A DNA stretch of 27,686 nt. Source: Fonticula alba ATCC 38817. Its lineage: Eukaryota; Protista; Nucleariida. The notes beneath the pieces are model-generated. The model was not told where the DNA came from. It did not search any database and saw only the letters and a program-made list of their open reading frames with translations. Below are positions 21,769-27,686 of this stretch, piece by piece. Made by a program: the position numbers and the translations under genes. Position 1 is the first letter of the stretch, and every line of letters starts with the position of its first letter. Location: assembly GCA_000388065.2 (NCBI GenBank), contig KB932201.1; one strand, 5' to 3'.

Positions 21769-23733
21769 CGGAGGGGATGGACGAGGCACGCAGCCAAGCA
21801 GGTGAGCAAGCGAGCGGACGAGTGAGCCGGCTGGAGGGAGCAACAAAGGGGAAGATGGACTGTCGTACATGCTAGCCTGGCCATCGTCGCCGGGCGGGCG
21901 CATGTCGGCGGCCAGCTTCTCGAAAGTCCGCTCGAGCATGGAAAAGTCCTCCAACAGACGGTCCATCATGGCGGGCGAGCCATCGGCCATGGCGGCCGGG
22001 GGGACGGCCGAGTCGGCGGCCAAATTCTCGAGCGGGACCCAGCCGGGCGCATTGGTGGCCGCATTTGCCGGAGGGGCGCCCGGGGCCGGGTGTTCCTCCG
22101 GCAGATCCGGGCTATTGAAGGCCAGATCCGGGAAGAAGGCCGCATCATCGTAAAAGGGCGTGAAGGGCTGCCAGCCGGAGGACTGGGCCAGGGCCAGATA
22201 CAAGGGGTCCTCCTGGGTGGCGGGGTCCTCGGCGGGCTGGGCCCCGAGGGCGGCCTCGGCCCGGGTCACCGGGGTGATGTTGGGCGTGGGATCTGTCCAA
22301 TCGACGACGGCCGTGCAGTCGATGGCCCGGGTGCGGAAGGGGGCCGGTCCGGGCGGGAGGGCCCCATTGGCCAGCAGGCAGAGCCCGGGCGCGGTGATGG
22401 TGGCCACATACCGGCAAGCCATGGGCTCATGAACACTGACCAGGCGCGGCCCATCGGGCGAGGTCTGCACCGCCAGGGCCAGGGCATTTTGAAAGGTCAT
22501 ACCACTGGCCTCCAGGTCGGCCACCGTCTGGAGGATTGCATGGGGACAAGCCAATCGGAGGTAGGTCTCGCGTGGCTCATTGGTCAAGTCGCAAGAGTGC
22601 CCCCGACGGAAGCGGATGGCCAGATGCGCATCCGGAGAGAAGGGCCACCGGACCGGGACAAAGTGCGAGTCATCGCCCTGGCGAAAGGGATCCGGCGCGG
22701 AGCCGAGCACATACTCGTCCGTGCGGGAGATGGTATAGGTAACCGGCTGCGGGGGGGAGGACTGGGCCGGCGCCCCGGGTCCGGTCCCAGCCGCGGGACC
22801 CGCCGGCGGGTGGGCCCGAGCCGCCGGGTCGGCCAGCGAGGGATCGGCCCCGAAGAGTGATGCCACGCGGGCCAGCGCTCGCCGGAAAATGTGCCCCGTC
22901 ACTTGCCAAACGTCGGCCCCTGGAGTCCCGACCCCGGGCAGGGGAGTGCCATCGGCCGCCACCGGCACTCGAGTGTCATGGTATTGGGTAATGCGCCCGC
23001 GCAGGCACACCGAGAAGTACCACCAGCCGCCGGCCGGCGGGGCGCGCTGCAGGCAGTCCGTCACCAAGGCGCGGCGGATGTCACGAAAGCGCACGGCCGG
23101 CGTCCGTCCCTGGGCCATTTTCCCGGAGATCCGCGTGGACACCAACTGGTCGGGGCTCGGCCCGGCGGACCGACAGAAGTACCGCCCCCCATGGGGGCTG
23201 GTGAAGAGGGAGATCCCCGGGGCGGGGTCCTAATTTGGGTCCCGGCATGGGGAGGGGGGGAGGGGGGCATGTTGAAGCGTGGACAGGGCGAGCCGCAAGC
23301 AGTCGGGCGAGTGAGTCGGCGTGGACATGAGCAGGCACAGGCAGGGCCAAGCGCATGTGCAGATCCCCAAAGGCGCCGGAGTGGGAGGCAGGAGCAAAGA
23401 CATTGACCCATCCACCAGCACGCATGAGCAAGTGGGCAAAAGCGCATGCCATGGCAAGCCTGAGACAGGAAAAAGGGCCAGCCGGGCGACCGAGAGAAGA
23501 CGCACATCCAAAGAAAAGGGCAGCTGGTTGAGGTGGCTGTGAAAGGGGATGGCACCAATGATGCTGAGCTTGCCGAAGGCCAGCTCCACTGGACCATCAG
23601 ACAGGTCGGCCTGGAGGCCTGTGGAGGTCGGGAGCCCGGACGCAGCAGGCGGGACAGGTGGGCTCTCGGATCGGCCGCCCTCGGCGCTCAGCGACAGCAG
23701 CAGGCCGAGCAGCAATATCGACAGGAAGCGCAT
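21384..23733 (-). CDS. OS9: OS-9/Yos9/ERLEC1-like ER lectin with one MRH (PRKCSH) domain, 615 aa
   Basis: Exons 23733-23506, 23229-21869, 21642-21384 (1848 nt, in frame across the gap at 21650-21679). Signal peptide MRFLSILLLGLLLSLSAEG. Motifs GGRYFC, GWWYFSVC..ITQYH, GHSCDLTNEPRETYLRLAC and VHEPMACRYVATITAPGLC. The protein ends in RQEL. Confidence 0.8.
21680..21768 (-). repeat. 89-nt G homopolymer (poly-C on the sense strand of the OS9 intron), abutting a gap
   Basis: Directly visible. The true length is uncertain. Confidence 0.9.
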
Positions 23734-24092
23734 GCTGTGATGCCGTCCCAGGAAGAGTGGACTAGTTCCACCACAAGTGTCAGGAGGGGGGAGGGGGGGG
23801 GGGGAGAGGGGCGCTGAACGTCTCCGGATCTTACCTTGCAAGAGACGGAGCAGCGCGCGAGAGGGGGATCCACAGCGAGAGAGAGAGAGGTTCACAAAGA
23901 AAGGCACAGAGGAGGAGGAGGGAAGGTGAAAGAGGCAAGGAACCGGGGAGAGAGAGAGTGACGGAGGCAGTTGCAAGGTCCTGCTGGCAAGGGGCTTCCT
24001 TGTCGCGGTGCCGCAAGTGTTTCGCGGCTGCCGCCCCCCCCCCCCCGACGAGTATCACTCCTGAGCGTCTTCGACTGAACCAACACATCCAC

Positions 24093-24593
24093 CTAGACCA
24101 GCAGACCGAAGTACTCCGGCTTCGGGTGGATGTTGCTGTTCGGACCAGCCAGCTGGGCCCAATGAACAACAAAGCGGTCAGCCAGGCGCAGGGTGGAGAA
24201 GATGCGCCCGGTCAGGGAGAGGGTGTTGACGCGAGCCACGCTCTCGACGAAGACCACCCGGCAGTGGCCCAGGTGCAGGATGCGCAGGAGCTTGGCCACG
24301 AAAACCAGCGGCAGGCAGGTGCCAGGACCATTGCAAACAAGCTACGGGGTGGGGCGCCGAAGGGGAGGGGATGTCAGAAGAGTGCGTGGGCGTGGGGCAT
24401 GCACCCCGGTGACTGATGAGGAGGTGCACTGGCGCGGAATGCCGATCAGAGGTTGGAGACGAACCATGTCGGGCTGCTCGCTCCAAATGAGGAAAATGCT
24501 GAAGAGCAGAGCATTGAGGGTGGTGAAGATCGAGGAAATGTACGACTGGCCGACGTTGCGGCTGCGCGGGATCGTGTGGAAAGAGGCCTTGGT
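24093..24593 (-). CDS. ALG14: UDP-GlcNAc transferase subunit ALG14, last two exons only
   Basis: Exons 24593-24465 (TKASFHTIPRSRNVGQSYISSIFTTL...QPDM) and 24341-24093 (LVCNGPGTCLP...VFVESVARVNTLSLTGRI...YFGLLV*). The IPRSR.V.QS, NGPGTC and YVES..RV..LS.SG motifs are characteristic of ALG14. The first of these exons is not captured in the correct frame by the ORF track. Confidence 0.9.
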
Positions 24594-24637
24594 CTGTGCG
24601 GGAGNNNNNNNNNNCCCCCCCCCGTCCTCCGGAACAG

Positions 24638-26483
24638 GAAAAGGTGCAAATCACTGTGCGCAACCTGCTGCCGCCTTTCCTCGATGGGCAGACGGCCTAT
24701 ACTCGACAGCAGAAGCCGGTCATCCCGGTGCGCGATTCCACCAGCGACTTGGCCCGGCTGTCGCGGCAGGGGTCGGCCCTGATGCAGGAGCGTCGCCAGC
24801 AGAAGGAGCGCGTCGATGCGCAGGGCAAGTTCTGGCAAGTGTCCGGCAGTGCCATGGGCCGGGTGGTGGGCATCAGCGAAGCCGATGACGAGGAGCTCCA
24901 GCGCCGTCGGGCGCAGGATTCCGCCCTCTCCGGTCGCGTGCTGAATGTCCAAACGGCCCCCGGGAGCACCGGCCAGGGGGCTGATTCTGGCTCCGGCACC
25001 GGCGGGATTGGCGATGCCAAGGCGGCGGCCGTGTCGGAATTTGCCCAGCAAAAGACCATCAAGCAGCAGGTATGGGCCTGGTGTCCGGCATTTCCCGTCT
25101 TTGCGACTCTCCCGTCTTGGCTTTGCTCCTGGGCCTGGGTTTGGCTGTGGTGTTGTTTTTTTTCTCCCCCCTCCCCCCCCCCCTCCCTTCTCTCCCCGTC
25201 CTCTAACTCGGCGGCCATGCACATGCAGCGCGAATTCCTGCCGGTCTTCAGTGTGCGAAATGACTTGATGCAGGTGATCCGCGACCACCAGGTGGTCATC
25301 GTCGTCGGCGAAACCGGGTCCGGCAAGACCACACAGCTGACGCAGTATCTCTGCGAAGCCGGCTATGCCAATGGCGGGCGGATGATCGGGTGCACGCAGC
25401 CCCGACGCGTGGCGGCCACCAGTGTCGCCGCACGTGTGGCCACCGAAATGGGCGTCAAGCTCGGCCAGGAGGTGGGCTACTCCATCCGTTTCGAGGATCG
25501 CACCGATGCCTCGACCAAAATCAAGTACATGACTGATGGTGTGCTGCTGCGTGAGAGCCTGGTCGATCCGGATCTCTCGCAGTACGGGGCCATTGTCATG
25601 GACGAGGCGCACGAGCGCTCCCTCAACACGGATGTCCTTCTGGGTATTCTGAAGCGCGTGGTGGCCGGACGCCGGGATCTGAAGCTGATCATCACCTCGG
25701 CCACCATGAACGCGGACAAGGTACAGCCATGGCCTCTCCTGTCTTCTGATGTCGGCCCTTGCCTGGCCTCTTTGTTCCTCTCCTTGTGCCCTCTCCTTGT
25801 GCCCTCTCCTTGTGCCCTCTCCTTGTGCCCTCTTCTTCTTCTTCTTCTTCTTCTTCTTCTTCTTCTCCCCGTCTCTCCTTCTCCCCTTCCTGTCCCTGCC
25901 TTCCCCCGTCGGAGGCCTGTCAAGGTGACATGGAGGACTTGCCGGCCCCTCTGACCCTTTCGCGTGTCCAGTTTTCCGCCTTCTTCGGCGAGGTTCCCTG
26001 CTTTTTCATTCCCGGACGCACATTCCCCGTGGACATCATGTTCTCCAAGGGCCCGGTGGAGGACTATGTTGAAACGGCGGTTCGCCAGATTTTGGACATC
26101 CACCTGGGCAGTCCCCCGGGAGACATTTTGGTCTTCATGACGGGGCAGGACGATGTCGAGACAACCTGCGAGGTGGTCCTCGAGCGGCTGGCCCAATTGG
26201 AGGACCCAGCCCCGTTGAATGTGTTGCCCATCTACTCGCAGCTGCCGGAGGAGCGCCAGCGCCTGGTCTTCGAGGGCGACGGCTCGGTCCGGAAGTGCAT
26301 TGTAGCCACCAACATCGCCGAGACCTCCCTCACGGTGGACGGCATTGTCTATGTCATCGACTGTGGCTTCTACAAACTGAAGACCTATGACCCGCGTCAT
26401 GGGATGGACATGCTGCTCATGTATCCCATTTCCCAGGCAAACGCCAACCAGCGTGCCGGTCGCGCTGGGCGCACCCAGCCCGG
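24638..26483 (+). CDS. DHX38: Pre-mRNA splicing DEAH helicase PRP16/DHX38, central exons
   Basis: Exons 24638-25069, 25229-25720, 25972-26483. Contains the PRP16-specific [73 protein letters not shown] and QRAGRAGRT. The HA2/OB C-terminus is absent from the window. Confidence 0.92.
25778..25866 (+). repeat. 13-bp minisatellite (CTCTCCTTGTGCC)x4 followed by (CTT)n in a PRP16 intron
   Basis: Four perfect 13-bp units at 25778-25833, then about 11 CTT units. Confidence 0.9.
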
Positions 26484-26976
26484 GTATGCCGCATTTCCTT
26501 CGCCCCCCCCCCCCCCCCGCCCACCTCTGACCNNNNNNNNNNNNNNNNNNNNNNNNNNNNNNNNNNNNNNNNNNNNNNNNNNNNNNNNNNNNNNNNNNNN
26601 CCCCCCCCTCCCCCTGCCCATCACGGCTGGCTAATTCCCTCGCTGGGCACTTTCAGCGTCAGTTGTATCGGGGGGCCCGCGGACCGATCGATGTTGCTGC
26701 CCGGTGTAGATGCAGAGCTGACATGGAGGCGGGTCGATTATTCCAGTACATCCGGTCACGCCGGAGTGACATCACATGGGGACCGACGGTGCCAACGATT
26801 GGGGCTATATGTGTGCCACCAGCGGATTCCGCCGCGGTCTTGACCCACAGCACGGCTCTCTTTCTGTACTTCTTCCCTCTTGCTCCTCCCCCCCTCCCCC
26901 TTCTCCTCCTCCTCCTCGCCTCTTTCTTCGTCCCTCTGATCTGCCCGGAAGGAAGCACCCGTGTGGCCCCTCGCTG

Positions 26977-27610
26977 ATGAGCTCCTACCGCGGCGGCCGG
27001 GACGGCTCGTACTCCGACCGACGCCCCGAGCGGCGGCATTCATCGCGCGAACGGCGCGGCGACCGGTCCCCGAGTCCTTCCCGCGGGCGGTCATACTCCG
27101 ACCGATACCCACAGGACCGGCGCTCAGACGACCGGTACTCCGGCGAACGACCCCCAAGTGGCCGGTCCTCGAGTGATCGGTACTCCAATGACCGGTACCC
27201 TGATGACCGGTACTCGAGTGAGCGTCGATCAAGCAGCCGGCATCCGGCCGATCGCCACTCGAGCAGCCGGTATTCGACCGATCGCCGCCGGTCACGGTCA
27301 CGGTCGCGGTCGCGGTCGCCACCGCCCCGGCCTGCCTTTTCGCCCGCTGCACCGCAGGTGCCCGAGCACCTGGCCGGCGTGTTGCCCCCTTCGGTATGTG
27401 TACCTGGTCTGCCCGCTTCTTTGTCTGGTCGTGCGGCCCGAGACCAACGCCACTGACCCCTTCCCGCGCCCGTTCAACATGTAGAGACGCATCTCCGAGA
27501 GCCAGCGTCAGTTTGCTCGCGAGCAGGACGACTGGGAGACAGCCCAGCTGGTCCGATCTGGCGTGGCCCATCGTGACAAGGTCGACCTCGACCTGGACAT
27601 CGACGAGCGG
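26977..27610 (+). CDS. DHX38: PRP16/DHX38 N-terminal exons (RS-rich region plus the conserved WET motif)
   Basis: Exons 26977-27393 (MSSYRGGRDGS...RSRSRSRSPPPRP...) and 27485-27610 (RRISESQRQFAREQDDWETAQLVRSGVAHRDKVDLDLDIDER). The second matches the recalled PRP16 segment [22 protein letters not shown], which immediately precedes VHLMVHNLVPPFLDG. The start codon is uncertain. Confidence 0.75.
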
Positions 27611-27686
27611 GTGCGTGCCCGTGTTCCCCGCCCACCGCGCCGGGTCCCGCTATCTGACTTTCTTCCTCCCCCCCCCCCCCCCCCCC

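Larger units (their letters stand above)
1357..26600. other. Six assembly gaps: 1357-1549, 13230-13320, 19975-20143, 21650-21679, 24605-24614, 26533-26600
   Basis: N runs, each adjacent to homopolymer or dinucleotide repeats. Confidence 0.99.

Noticed and set aside
26601-26880. Candidate ALG14 exon 1 on the - strand (TTDAESAQR; GGTH) or next PRP16 exon on the + strand (acceptor near 26656)
   Set aside because: No frame contains GSGGHT..EM, and the + reading (GVSCIGG...) does not match the expected CxRLYT..PEIQR.

Overview
GC-rich eukaryotic genomic DNA from a gapped draft assembly, with six N gaps, each flanked by poly-C/G, (CT)n or (CA)n. Introns are short, with GTRCGY donors and CTRAY-like branch points. 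These fungal-like splice signals, together with an Integrator subunit, suggest a basal opisthokont such as Fonticula; this is an inference from memory and is unverified. I hand-spliced eight genes: INTS4-like (+, 5' partial), a small uncharacterised protein (-), a type I membrane protein (-), RRP12 (+), a 12-exon secreted peptidase S45 (cephalosporin/penicillin/AHL acylase family) Ntn hydrolase (-), an OS-9/Yos9-like lectin ending in RQEL (-), ALG14 (-, 5' missing) and PRP16/DHX38 (+). The PRP16 N-terminal exons lie downstream of its helicase exons. The most interesting signal is the bacterial-type acylase, which looks fully domesticated (signal peptide, 8 sequons, 11 introns at about 4x the local density) and may be a horizontally acquired quorum-quenching or antibiotic-deacylating enzyme. 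Other notable signals are the permuted PRP16 (probably a contig-order error), a small bacterial-looking protein, and no +4A among 30 splice donors. Most ORFs in the supplied track are GC or microsatellite artefacts. All family assignments are from recalled motifs; no database search was run.
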